DNA of 64,000 nt, from the NCBI RefSeq assembly GCF_018350175.1, contig NC_058368.1:38194001-38258000 (forward strand), written 5' to 3'. Each line of letters starts with the position of its first letter. The first letter of the stretch is position 1. Below, in pieces: positions 13,392-26,097 of the stretch. Both the position numbers and the translations under genes were made by a program. The notes under the pieces are model-generated. The model saw only the letters and a program-made list of their open reading frames with translations. It did no database searches and had not been told where the DNA came from. Source of the DNA: Felis catus. Taxonomy: Eukaryota.

Positions 13392-16300
13392 ATTTTATTT
13401 TTATTAATTAATTATTAAAGTTTTCTTTTTTTTTAAACATGAAATTTATTGCCAAATTTGTTTCTATACAACACCCAGTGCTCATCCCAACAAGTGCCCT
13501 CCTCAATACCCATCATCCACCATCTCCTCCTTCCCACCCCCCATCAACCCTCAGTTTGTTCTCAGTTTTTAAGAGTCTCTTATGTTTTGGCTCCCTCCCT
13601 CTCTACCCTCTTTTTTTTCTTCCCCTCCCCCATGGTCTTCTGTTAAGTTTCTCAGGATCCACATAAGAGTGAAAACATATGGTATCTGTCTTTCTCTGTA
13701 GGACTTATTTCACTTAGCATAACACTCTCCAGTTCCATCCATGTTGCTACAAAAGGCCATATTTCATTCTTTCTCATTGCCACATAGTATTCCATTGTGT
13801 ATATAAACCACAATTTCTGTATCCATTCATCAGTTGATGGACATTAGGCTCTTTCCATAAGTTGGCTATTGTTGAAAGTGCTGCTATAAACATTGGGGTA
13901 CAAGTGCCCCTATGCATCAGCACTCCTGTATCCCTTGGGTAAATTCCTAGCAGTGCTATTGCTGGGTCATAGGGTAGATCTCTTTTTAATTTTTTGAGGA
14001 ACCTCCACACTGTTTTCCAGAGTGGCTGCACCAGTTTGCTTTCCCACCAACAGTGCAAGATGGTTCCCATTTCTCCACACCCTCTCCAGCATCTATAGTC
14101 TCCTGATTTGTTCATTTTGGCCACTCTTACTGGTGTGAGGTGATATCTGAGTGTGGTTTTGATCTGTATTTCCCTGATGAGGAGCGACGTTGAGCATCTT
14201 CTCATGTGCCTGTTGGCCATCCGGATGTCTTCTTTAGAGAAGTGTCTATTCATGTTTTCTGCCCATTTCTTCACTGGGTTATTTGTTTTTCGGGTGTGGA
14301 GTTTGGTGAGCTCTTTATAGATTTTGGATACTAGCCCTTTGTCTGATATGTCATTTGCAAATATCTTTTCCCATTCCACTGGTTGCCTTTTAGTTTTGTT
14401 GATTGTTTCCTTTGCAGTGCAAAAGCTTTTTATCTTCATGAGGTCCCAATAGTTCATTTTTGCTTTTAATTCCCTTGCCTTGGGGAATGTGTCAAGTAAG
14501 AAGTTGCTGCAGCTCAGGTCAGAGAAGTTTTTTTCCTGTTTTCTCCTCTAGGGTTCTGATGGTTTCGTGTGTCACATTCAGGTCCTTCATCCATTTGAGT
14601 TTATTTTTGTGAATGGTGTAAGAAAGTGGTCTAGTTTCATCCTTTTGCATGTTGCTGTCCAGTTCTCCTAGCACCATTTGTTAAAGAGACTGTCTTTTTT
14701 TCCATTGGATATTCTTTCCTGCTTTGTCAAAGATTAGTTGGCCATACGTTTGTGGGTCTAGTTCTGGGGTTTCTATTCTATTCCATTGGTCTGTGTGCCT
14801 ATTTTTGTGCCAATGCCATGCTGTCTTGATGATTACAGCTTTGTAGTAGAGGCTAAAGTCTGGGATTGTGATGCCTCCTGCTTTGGTCTTCTTCTTCAAA
14901 ATTACTTTGGCTATTTGGGGTCTTTTGTGGTTCCATACAAATTTTAGGATTGCTTGTTCTAGTTTCGAGAAGAATGCTGGTGCAATTTTGATTGGGGTTG
15001 CATTGAATGTGTAGATTGCTTTGGGTGGTATTGACATTTTAACAATATTTATTCTTCCAACCCATGAGCACAGAATGTTTTTCCATTTCTTTATAACTTC
15101 TTCAATTTCCTTCATAAGCTTTCTATAGTTTTCAGCATACAGATCTTTTACATCTTTGGTTACGTTTATTCCTAGGTATTTTATGCTTCTTGGTGCAATT
15201 GTGAATGGGATCAGTTTCTTTATTTGTCTTTCTGTTGCTTCATTGTTAGTGTATAAGAATGCAACTGAGTTCTCTACATTGATTTTGTATCCTGTGACTT
15301 TGCTGAATTCATGTATCAGTTCCAGCAGACTTTTGGTGGAGTCTATCGGGTTTTCCATGTATAATATCATGTTATCTGCAAAAAGTGAAAGCTTGACCTC
15401 ATCATTGCCAATTTTGATGCCTTTGATTTCCTTTTGTTGTCTAATTGATGATGCTAGAACTTCCACCACTATGTTAAACAGCAGCAGTGAGAGTGGACAT
15501 CCCTGTCGTGTTCCTGGTCTCAGGGGGAAAGCTCTCAGTTTTTCCCCATTGAGGATGATATTAGCTGTGGGCTTTTCATAAATGGTTTTTATGATGTTTA
15601 AGTATGTTCCTTCTATCCCGACTTTCTCGAGGGTTTTTATTAAGAAAGGATGCTGAATTTTGTCAAATGCTTTTTCTGCATTTATTGACAGGATCATATG
15701 GTTCTTATCCTCTCTTTTATTAATGTGATGTATCATATTGATTGGTTTGTGAATGTTGAACCAGCCCTGCATCCCAGGAATGAATCCCACTTGATCATAG
15801 TGTATAATTCTTTTTATATGCTGTTGAATTCAATTTGCTAGTATCTTATTGAGAATTTTTGCATCCATGTTCATCAGGGATATTGGCCTGTAGTTCTCTT
15901 TTTTTGCTGGGTCTCTGTCTGGTTTAGGAATCAAAGTAATGCTGGCTTCATAGAATGAGTCTGGAAGTTTTCCTTCTCTTTCTATTTTTTGGAATAGCTT
16001 GAGAAGGATAGGTATTATCTCTGCTTAAATGTCTGGTAGAATTCCACTGGAAAGCCATCTGGTCCTGGACTCTTATTTGTTGGGAGATTTTTGATAACTG
16101 ATTCAATTTCTTTGCTGGTTATGGATCTGTTCAAGCTTTCTATTTTTTCCTGTTTGAGTTTTGGAAGTGTGTGGGTGTTTAGGAATTTGTCCATTTCTTC
16201 CAGGTTGTTCAGTTTGTTGGCATATCATTTTTCATATTCCCTGATAATTGCTTGTATTTCTGAGGGTTGGCTGTAATAATTCCATTTTCATTCATTATTT

Positions 16301-16921
16301 TATCTATTTGTGTTATCTCCCTTTTCTTTTTGAGAAGCCTGGCTAGAGGTTTATCAATTTTGTTTATTTTTTCAAAAAAAAACAACTCTTGGTTTCCTTT
16401 GATCTGCTCTACAGTTTTTTTAGATTCTATATTGTTTATTTCTGCTCTGATCTTTATTATTTCTCTTCTTCTGCTGGGTTTAGGCTGCCTTTGCTGTTCT
16501 GCTTCTGTTTCCTTTAGGTGTGCTGTTAGATTTTGTATTTGGGATCTTTCTCGTTTCTGGAGCTAGACCTGGAATGCAATGTATTTTCCTCTCAGGACTG
16601 CCTTTGCTGCATCCCAAAGAGTTTGGATTGTTGTATTTTCATTTTCATTTGTTTCCATATATTTTTCTAATTTCCTCTCTAATTTCCTGGTTGGCCCATT
16701 CATTCTTTAGTAGGGTGTTCTTTAAACTCCATGCTTTTGGAGGTTTTCCAGACTTTTTGTGCAGTTGATTTCAAGCGTCATAGCATTGTGGTTTGAGTGT
16801 ATGCATGGTATGATTTCAATTCTTGTATAGTTATGAAGGGCTGTTTTGTGACCCTGTATGTGATCTATCTTGGAGAATGTTCCATGTGCACTCGAGAGGA
16901 AAGTATATATTCTGTTGCTTT

Positions 16922-16956
<35 letters not shown>

Positions 16957-17535
16957 GTCAAGTCCATCTGATCCAATGTATCATTCTGGGCCCTTGTTTC
17001 TTTATTGATCCTGTGTCTAGATGATGTATCCATTGTTGTAAGTGGAGTATTAAAGACCCCTGTAATTACCACATTCTTATCAATAAGATTGCTTATGTTT
17101 GTGATTAATTGTTTTATATATTTGGGGGCTCCTGTGTTTGGCACATAGACATTTATAATTGTTAGCTCTTCCTGATGGAGAGACCCTGTGATTATTATAT
17201 AATGCCCTTCTTTATCTCTTGTTACAGCCTTTAATTGAAAGTCTATTTTGTCTGATATAAGTATGGCTACTCCAGCTTTCTTTTGAGTTCTAGTAGCATG
17301 ATAGATAGTTCTCCATTCCCTCACTTTCGATCTGAAGGTGTCCTCAGGTCTAAAATGAGTCTCTTGTAGACATCAAATAGATGGGTCTTGTTTTTTTTAT
17401 CCATTCTGATACCCTGTGTCTTTTGGTTGGAGCATTTAGTCCATTTACATTCATTGTTATTATAGAAAGATATGGGTTTAGAGTCATTGTGATGTCTGTA
17501 GGTTTCATGCTTGTAATGATATCTCTGGTACTTTA
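13392..17535 (-). mobile_element. Young feline LINE-1 (L1_Fc-like), 5'-truncated just upstream of ORF2; 3' UTR and poly(A) at about 13392-13650
   Basis: Continuous ORF2 homology (EN, RT, CCHC) in ORFs 16722-17324, 14681-15790 and 13774-14457; G-rich 3' UTR; A-rich tail. Confidence 0.98.
13652..17487 (-). pseudogene. ORF2: LINE-1 ORF2p (endonuclease/reverse transcriptase), full span but frameshifted
   Basis: Start ATG at 17487 (MTLNPYLSIITMNVNGLN), stop TGA at 13652-13654 (..HMFSLLCGS*); EN motifs KKAGVAILISDK and HGTFSKIDH; RT motifs GTRQGCPLS and FADN; several frameshifts. Confidence 0.93.
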
Positions 17536-17723
17536 GAGAAGTGTGCAAGAAAGAAAAAAAGAGAAATTAGAGGAAGCCAGTTGCACAACAATAAATATAC
17601 ATATAATTATCACTATTAAAGGCTTATGATCTATCCTGAGCAATAGGGGAGAAAGCTTTTATGTGTATATGTCTTCAGCATTTCAAAAGGCAGAGATCCT
17701 TTAATCAATAAGCCTTTCTTTGA

Positions 17724-17918
17724 GGGGCACTTGTATGGCTCAGTCAGTTCAGCATCTGACTCTTGATTTCGGCTTAGCTCATGTTCTCATGGTGGGATTG
17801 AGCCCCTCATCAGGTTCTGTGCTGACAGCAGAGAGCCTGCCTGCAATTCTCTCTCTCCCTCTCTCTCTGCCCCTCCCTTGCTATCTCTCAAAATAAATAA
17901 ATAAACATTTTAAAAAAG
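17724..17918 (+). mobile_element. CanSINE (older subfamily)
   Basis: GGGGCAC head, CT tract, AATAAA tail; TSD aagc(c/t)tttctttga at 17710-17723 and 17919-17932. Confidence 0.94.
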
Positions 17919-18082
17919 AAGCTTTTCTTTGACAATTCCTTCAGGAATGTACTATTAGGATGTTGGTTCTTATTGTTTCCTGAATATGGAAATGGAGGGG
18001 TGTCTCCAATGTTAAAGTATGTCACAATGTAGCCATTGCAATTTGAAATTGTCCAAAGTTGAGGCCACTTAGAAAGAAGAAC

Positions 18083-18083
<1 letters not shown>

Positions 18084-18118
<35 letters not shown>
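18084..18118. repeat. (TAA)n microsatellite
   Basis: Directly visible; explains the poly-Y ORF at 17888-18151. Confidence 0.95.
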
Positions 18119-18319
18119 TAGAAGCAAGAGTTCTTCCGGGGGGGGTATCATATCAGTAGACTAACCCATGGCAAACTGCTGATGCTCAGTCAGAAGCAAA
18201 ATTACCTGATGTGTTTATTTTGGCTCAGTTATCTCCTGGCAAGCAAGTGAGTAGATGGGAGATTGCTCATGAAACAAACTTTCACAAATCTAGGACTGAA
18301 GAAATTCCTTCTAAGCTTT

Positions 18320-18682
18320 TTAAAAATTTTTATTGGAGTGTAATTGACATACAATATCCTATTAGTTTTAAGTATACATCATAGTGTCAATACTTTCATA
18401 CATTACTAAATGACGCCGTGATAAATCTAGTGACCATGTGTCACCATACTAAGTCATTACAGTATTATTGACTATATATCCCCCATGCTGCACCTTGCCT
18501 CTCCATGACATATTTTGTAGCTGGAAGTTTGTACCTCTTAATCCCATTTACCTATTTTGCTTACCCCTCAAATCCTGCCCCCTTTGGTAACCAACAGTCT
18601 GTTTCCTGTATCTATGAGTCTGTTTTGTTTTGTTTGTTCATTTGTTTTGGTTTTTAGAATCCACATCTAAATGAAACCATAT
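18320..18682 (-). mobile_element. L1 3' UTR fragment (carnivore-type)
   Basis: 'ttttattggagtgtaattgacatacaat...ttttagaatccacatctaaatgaaaccata'. Confidence 0.88.
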
Positions 18683-19739
18683 TAAGTGCTGAAATGAAAA
18701 TTGAAGGATGCTGGTTTGGCAAGAATGTCTAAACTCATTAGTCTTTGATGCTGGCTCATAACAGATATATAAAAGCTCCATCTATATCCTACTTTATATG
18801 AACTTATTTCTTATATACAAATACTAATTCAGAAAGTAACTAGGCAGACAGAATGGTTGGGGGCAAATCCATGGTTTGCCCATCAGTTAGAAAGGAAAAT
18901 AAGCACAAATCGATGAAATGACAAAAACTCCTTGGACACTTTATTTCTAATGCAAATAAATAAACCTATCACCACATGGGCTCAAACAAAATATTCAGAG
19001 TTGGGATACAGTACAGAAGTTGTCTGACTGTTAAAAGCAAGGTGGATTGAGCAGGTAGAAACTCAAGGGATCTCACTCTGAAATTTAGTAGAGAGTCCTA
19101 ATCTGTGTCAGCAAAGATCTCAGCCAAATGTTAGTGAAAGCTTTACTAATAGAAGCCAACTGGCCTTATCTGCTAGGGACATACTTGCATTCAGAGTTAG
19201 GTTTATTGACTTGCTGTAGCAAAGAAGAATGGACACCAGAGAAACTAGTGTTTTAAAATGTTGCATTTCAAAAAAAGTGAGTGCAGATGGTACTCTCGGT
19301 GGCTTAAGGCTTGTGTGAAGTGATACTAATGAAATAATCAGGGAAACAAATCCCACTTTGGACCAGATGTTTCATAAAAGAGGGGAAGGCCAGCAATTGA
19401 GTACCTAAGAAATTTTAGTTTCAAATATGGAAGGAAAGAAGTAGGGCTGAGAATACTATTTGTATGGCATTAACACTCTCCTTGAAGAATGATTTCTTAG
19501 TTATTTTGCAGCTTTGGGTTTGTTTTTTTGTTACATCATGTTAGGAACATCCTTTTCTGATGGGCTGTCCATGTCCCATTGGAAACATAGTTGATGTTTT
19601 ATAGGAGCATCACAGTCTAATTTTCAGAAAGGCTGAATTCAATTTTTTAAACCTAGTAAGTTTTAAACAAAAGTAATTGAGAGAATGATTGTAGATTTTA
19701 CTAATACAAACGTGGCCTCTCTCTCAATCTCTCTCTTTT

Positions 19740-20010
19740 TTTAACACCTCATTATGACCTTTCTACATAGCTGCATTTCTACGTAGTTTCCCTATAGCAT
19801 GATATCTTCTCTACAGTACTATTGGACTTCTTATGTGGCAACCCACATCTCTAAATTTACATGTTCCAAGGGACAGGATATATTAAAAATCTGCTGTCTT
19901 GGTCAAAGAGGTCATGGCGCCCTCAAATTCAGGAGGTGGGGTGGGGACTAAGACTCTTTCTCTTAGTGGGAGAATTGTGAAAGGATTTGTGGCCACCTTT
20001 AATATGCCAT
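19740..20010 (-). mobile_element. MaLR LTR fragment (MLT1H-L group)
   Basis: 'ggacttcttatgtggca' and 'aaattcaggagg...agactct...gatttgtggccacctttaat' resemble the old MLT1 terminus. Confidence 0.6.
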
Positions 20011-20728
20011 GGGTAGCTAAATGAACAATAACACGCAAGTGATTTGTCTTTAACATAAGTGCATTCAGCAAAGATTTCCTTTGTTAAAATGATCAAAAAA
20101 ATTAGGAAAACATTTGAAAAAATGATTTTCAATCAAAGTGATGATGCCATTGGATTGGCCTATGATTAGTGACTCAAAATATAGTTTCTGAGAATAACAT
20201 TAACTGGCACTGTGTACCCTCAGAGAAAATAGATTTTCGACTAAGTATTTCTGAAAGAAGAAAAAAGATCTTTTATCACTGACAGATAATCGCATGGTTT
20301 GTTCTCCTATTCCAAATGAATCAATTGTTCAACACTATAGATTATTTTTATACTTAATTCTCCCAATTGCATTTAATTTTTAGTGAGGATTCACATGAGG
20401 TTTGAAATAGGTTCACCATAGTGAGGTTTTGGATGCATTTACAATATAAGCATTGAGTAATATAAACATGACCATCATATTAAGCTTAAGTGATATAAAC
20501 ATAATGCTTATGTAAATATAAGCATAAGTTAAGTAATATAAACTCCTATTTTAAGTCTAGCATAGATTCCAAAATCAAAGAGATCATTAGTATTTGAGAA
20601 TAAACTGCTATATTACAGCTAGAGCCCTGAGGTGGTCTTGACTTTCTTCCTAGGTGATAAGTAACATAACTCTGTAATATAGAGAAATGCAATTACTGTA
20701 TCTCTTTTGTTTAAAATAACCATGAATT

Positions 20729-20851
20729 GCTGCACCTGGGTGGCTCAGTTCGTTTAGTATCCAACTCTTGATATTGCCTCAGGTCATGATCCGAGGGTCG
20801 TGGGATTGAGCCCTGCATCATGCTTCACACTGAGCATGGAGCCTGCTTGAG

Positions 20852-20906
<55 letters not shown>

Positions 20907-20950
20907 GTGCTCTTCTCCCCTGCTTGCTCTCACTCTCCTTCTAAAATAAA
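20729..20950 (+). mobile_element. CanSINE with expanded (CT)n
   Basis: cacctgggtggctcag head, long CT tract, short tail. Confidence 0.93.
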
Positions 20951-21190
20951 GTAACTGTGGATTAAATTTGAAAAGTGACTATAGAAAAAGGAAGGAGAAG
21001 CTGATCTCAATGTCCAAACACACAGTTGGTGCTCCTAGGCGTTCTTTTTCCCACTTTTTTAAAGGTAGTTCTATTTATGAAGGTTGGTAAACCCCATATA
21101 ATCCCAAAGTGAGCCAATGAATATTTTGTATGGGCAAGTTATTCTTTTTTTACAAGGAACATTTTTCCTCTGTGTACCTTCAGGAAGAAC

Positions 21191-21403
21191 TTTTTTTTTT
21201 TTGGTAAATATTTTATTTATATTTGAGAGAGAGACATACAGTGCATGAGTTGGGGAGGGGCAAGATAGATGGAGACAGAATCTGAAGCAGGCTCCAGGCT
21301 CTGAGTTATCAGCACAGAGCCCAATGAGGGACTTCAACCCACGGACCGTGAGATCATGACCTGAGCCAAAGCCACTTAACTGACTGAGCCACCCAGGCAC
21401 CCC
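21191..21403 (-). mobile_element. CanSINE
   Basis: Full body; TSD aggaagaac at 21182-21190 and 21404-21412. Confidence 0.95.
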
Positions 21404-23114
21404 AGGAAGAACATTTTTGATTAAAAGTTTCATGTACTTTATTATGGTGCCTAATTATCAGTCACTCTTGCTTTTATAAGTAATCAACTATAGAAAACAT
21501 AGGGGCATTTCAAACTTGGAACACACAACCTATGAAGTTATAACTTATGAGAGAGAAGATTAAATAATCTTATAAGAGCAAGAGGTCAAATTTTAAAATG
21601 ACTTTATGAAATCCATCAAAAATATTTTTCAAATGTCCTTCACATGAGGTATACAACATTTTGCTTCCAGGCAATGACAGTGATGATTGAATTAATAGGC
21701 ACCAAATTTTTATTCTCTATTATGAAAATTTTGATTTTCTAGGATTAAAATTACTTAACTGTCCCTAATGTGATTATGTGATTTGTTTAAACTGAATTAA
21801 CTCAAATATGTAGAACTGGCCTTCCTATCTACCAAAGTCCCTAAGATTTGCTAATATTCTTCCCAACTCATAAAGAATTTTCTACTTCTCCTCAAACCAA
21901 ACCAACCCTGAGTCAACAATGGGATTGGAAGTGGACGTAGTTTATTTTTTCTAATATAATGATTTTTTTAATTATAAGTTTTAGCAGAAGCACCTCTATC
22001 GGGAACCTATAGAAGTATTCCCTTCAGGAAACTGATATGTCATCCATGTTTCATAGGTGCTTGAATCCTCACAGAGTGTTGGAGATATTTTTTTTCCCTT
22101 CCTTGTCTAAAACACTAGAGTTTTAAGTTTCCTCTGACCTGTTTATAAATAATGAAGACTGGGGCCCTGCAGTCTGCTCCCTTTTTATTTATCAACATTT
22201 AATGGAAATAGGGGGAAAGAAAGGAGAATGCATGCTGTTTGCTATTATCTTTACAAATGACTTGTTAGCCTTTTATTTGTCTGCTCATGCTTCAAACACT
22301 CAAAGGACATTTTCAGAATCTCAGTAGATGAAGGTTCAATCTTGAAATGACTTGACAGGCTGTATCTTCCTTAAGAGATTTTGACATGATATTAAGCCAT
22401 AGTTACAAGCCAATACTTGAATGGGAAGCCCTGGGGAAATCTTTTAGAGCTGGAACATAGCATTTACAGCAGGAGGCAGGTGTCTGCATCAGTGAAGCAA
22501 ACAACAATATGATATATTTAGTATTGAAAATGGAAGCAAAACTACTGATTCTTTACCACTGGGGACAGTGGAAGAAGTTGAATGAGGAAAAAAATTATCT
22601 TTTGGGGCCCCTGAAAATGTTAATTTAGTGACAGTATGAAATATACTCTCATCACGGCAGGTGCACCCAGAACCAGGTGCCGCTCTCAATATTGTCTTTG
22701 AATTTATGTGTTTCTTTTGCAGTGATAGGATGTGAAGCAGCTGTACTGGCCATGTGGAGAGAAAGCAAAAAGCTTTTAATTAGCAATAAGAGGGCTGTTA
22801 ATTTCTTTTGGGATCTCACTCTCTCTGTGTCTCTGTGTCTCTTTTTGTCTTTGCACTTTTATTAGTACCTTAGTGGGAGTTTCTGTGTGTCTCCAAAAGC
22901 ACAAAGACAAGCAAGCAGCATAATATGGTAGATTCAGGGCAGAGATTATGTGTTTTTGGTGAGTAAATTTAAGAAGCCTAGATAAAGTGTTTTTGGAGAT
23001 TAAATCCACAACAAAGATCATATGACTACCTTGAACATTCTTTTACTAATAATATCATGTGATCAAATTAAAAGATAAAATGTATCCATTATTATAGTAA
23101 CTTTGTCTGATTCA

Positions 23115-23333
23115 AAATTTTTTTAATGTTAATTTATTTTTGAGAGAGAGAGATAAAGACAGAGTAGGAGTAGGGGAGGCTCAGAGAGAGAGAGGGAGAC
23201 ACAGAATCTGAAGTAGACTCCAGGCTCTGAGCTGTCAGCACAGAGCCCAACGTGAGGCTTGAACTCATGAATCCTGAAATCATGACCTGAACCAAAGTTA
23301 GACCCTTAACCAACTGAGCCACCGGGCCCCCCC
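23115..23333 (-). mobile_element. CanSINE
   Basis: Full body; TSD actttgtc on both sides. Confidence 0.95.
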
Positions 23334-23579
23334 ACTTTGTCCAGTTTTTAAAAGTCTGATCTATGGATATATGGAGCAACTAATTATAAAGGTTTAATTT
23401 TAAATCTACCATGTTTAAGGATAAAGCAATCCAATAGCTAAAGTGTTGCAACATAAGCAGGGTATTTTTCTCATGATATTATTATGGTATATACTTTTTG
23501 TGCTTTTTGTGTGAATGGTCTACATTTTTCAGTTATTAATCAGTAACTAGCAGTTATTAATCATTAGTCACTATATCTG

Positions 23580-23610
23580 AATATATATTTAAATATATAT
23601 ACAAATATAT

Positions 23611-23661
<51 letters not shown>
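23580..23661. repeat. (TA)n microsatellite
   Basis: Directly visible. Confidence 0.95.
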
Positions 23662-23665
<4 letters not shown>

Positions 23666-24072
23666 CACTCTTATAGATCTGGAAAAACACAATTTATGTA
23701 AAAATTGTTCCATGGTTGTGGCCATCTGATAATTAGACACAGATTTTTATTTTTTTTAACTAATAATACTAATATTTTCTTTTCCCTCATTTGATTTCTG
23801 GAATTCGAGGATTACAAGGATTTTTTTCACACAATATTTTGTAATATTTGTGTAATATTTTAATGCTTTAAACTATATTTTTATTTTTAAGTAAACACCT
23901 CTTCATTTTGATCTTTCCAACATCAGACATCTCTCTTTCTTCCTGTACTTAGATGCCCTATGTTTGCACCACAAACCACAAAGAATGTTTAGTAATCCAC
24001 TAGTAAATGGATTGATATGAATGGGTATGTGTGATTGCATGATCATGTTTTAAATGGTTTAAATATTTCTTT

Positions 24073-24289
24073 CTTTTTAATTTTTTAAATGTTTATTTAT
24101 TTTTGAAAGAGAGAGACAGATGGTGAGCAGGGGAAGGGCATAGAGAGAGGAAGACACAGAATCCGAACCAGGCTCCAGACTCTTGAGCTGTCAGCACAGA
24201 GCCTGATGTGGGGCTGGAACTCACAAATGCGAGATTATGACCTGACCCGAAGTCAGGTGCTTAACCGACTAAGCCACCCAGGTGCTCCT
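24073..24289 (-). mobile_element. CanSINE
   Basis: 19-bp TSD atggtttaaatatttcttt at 24054-24072 and 24290-24308. Confidence 0.96.
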
Positions 24290-24709
24290 ATGGTTTAAAT
24301 ATTTCTTTTACATTTCTTTCAAAAACTAGATTCTGAATGTCATGACTATAACATGGACAAAAAATAGGTCAAGCTAAGCCCAGTTGAGTTGGAAACCTTG
24401 ACTTGGTATGGTTCTTAAAATTGTGTACCTTTAGAACCAGAAGGGTGAAATTGCTAGTCAGAAAAGGAGACAGCCAAACAAAGTCAAAGACAGGAAAAAT
24501 AAAAGCATATGTATAAGTCAGTGAGAAGGCTGATCTTGCTGGAAAGTAAGAATGAATGTGAAAAATTACTTTCAAATACATTTGGATTAACATGACTTGA
24601 CATTAATGAACATCTGGAAATTTAATTCTCTGAGCATCCACTTGATGTGGTCAAATTATATAAATAAATTTAAAATGATGAGTTATAAAATTATGACAGG
24701 AACTAATAA

Positions 24710-24861
24710 GTAGTGGTAGAAATGGCAAAGAGTTTGACAATTAGCAAACATGGATTTTGAGTTTTGGGTAAGCTCTAACAATCAATAGCTATGAGTTTTA
24801 TTATTTGACAATGAGGGCAACAATACTTCCATCATAGGTGTGTTTGATGATTAAACAGATA
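24710..24861 (+). mobile_element. MIR, 5'/core part (apparently split by an insertion)
   Basis: 'aatgagggcaacaatacttccatcataggtgtgtttgatgattaaacagata' resembles MIR 'aatggggataataatacctacctcatagggttgttgtgaggattaaatgagata'. Confidence 0.6.
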
Positions 24862-25934
24862 TTTTTAGATGCTGCATTTGGTGAACTATAATCAAGGAAC
24901 AGAATTTTCCCCTACCACTACATTAAGCCTATTCTATTGTGTCAAAAATCTTTTACTCAATAACATCTCGAGAAAATCCAATAACTTCTAAGTACTAGGA
25001 ACTATAAAAACAGACTTGTCTATGAACACATTACATCAAACTTTAAACTCAGATCCACTTACAAGCTCCTCACATTTGCTCATCTGAGGCCTGGCCAGTG
25101 ACGTGGAGACTAGCACTTGTGGAGTAGGTAGGTGTAGGAGGTTGCAGGACTGTGGTCTGTTCTTTTAATTTCCACTTCTCTCCCAGAGTAAGCACCTCTT
25201 CCCCCGGGCTATAGAAGGGAGAAGGAAGAAAAGTAAAAGTGCAATTTCTTTTTACTTATTGATGAGATAGTTAATATAATTCCCAGAAGACCCCTTAAAA
25301 CCCACCTCTTCATTCCTACCACTGGAGTTTCAGTGATAGGATTCCTCCGCCCCAGCTGAATAGATTCCTTTGTAATGATTTCAGTGTAGCCATTTTCCTC
25401 ATTATCCATCCCCCCCGCCCATATAAGTAAAATGCAACGTTACACCTACCAAATAGTAGAAATGAAGCTTGGCTAGCTGCTTATCCCTCTCGTACTCCCT
25501 TGCTATCATGGGCGGCCTTCTGATTTCAAGCTTTCCCAGTTGAGACATAAGTACCAGTTTCATGTCGCTGCTCTCATCAAATGGGCATGTGAATTTTTAC
25601 AGTTCTGCACATATGTAGGGAGGTGTGCAATGAAGTCTTCACTCATTGCAACCTCGATGTTTATAAGCTGCTTCCTAGGACCTCCTAGCTTAGGTTGAGA
25701 AAAAGGATGAGAGGAAGTACACAGTCTCTTCCCTGATGCAGAGAAAATTACTAGATTTTTCTCTACATCTGTGATTTCCTTAAAGAATCGCCTCAAATAT
25801 TTTATATGCCCTTATAAAAACAGTAGATATACCGGGGCAGGTAATAGAGGAATTACAATTTGGGGCACCTCTTAATTAGACCTACAAAGTTATCCTCAGC
25901 TTTGAGGCTATAGTTATATTCTGGAGTGGGAAAA

Positions 25935-25977
<43 letters not shown>

Positions 25978-26097
25978 ATATCACTTGGAAGAGCTTTTCC
26001 CAACAAACCTTATTCTGCTGCATGATGGGATAGATACAGGTATCTCTAACCCTTATGAGGCATTGCCACATTTTCACTCTTCATCCCATTACTGGAT
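24862..26097 (-). pseudogene. Orphan insertion with a decayed reading frame (candidate endogenous viral element or retrocopy of an unrecognised gene)
   Basis: Not recognisable as a TE; GC-richer than its flanks; overlapping minus-strand ORFs joined by 1-nt shifts at homopolymers; 7-bp direct repeat acagata at both ends; sits inside a MIR. Confidence 0.45.

Noticed and set aside
14681..15790. 369-aa ORF as a host gene or novel reverse-transcriptase system
   Set aside because: It is a fragment of ordinary LINE-1 ORF2p with a mutated active site.
19170..19640. Possible ERV LTR relic
   Set aside because: Resemblance too vague to assign a family or boundaries.
20440..20545. Loose repeats of aagt(a/g)atataa(a/g)cat
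   Set aside because: Low-complexity AT-rich slippage with no regular period.
25003..25823. 11-bp repeat tataaaaacag (25003-25013, 25813-25823) as a TSD
   Set aside because: No + strand poly(A), the protein-like frame runs across the right copy, and the split MIR gives better boundaries. It remains an alternative.
24862..26097. Assignment to orthobornavirus N/M/G/L, circovirus Rep or rhabdovirus M
   Set aside because: No convincing motif match to these proteins as I recall them; left unassigned pending a search.
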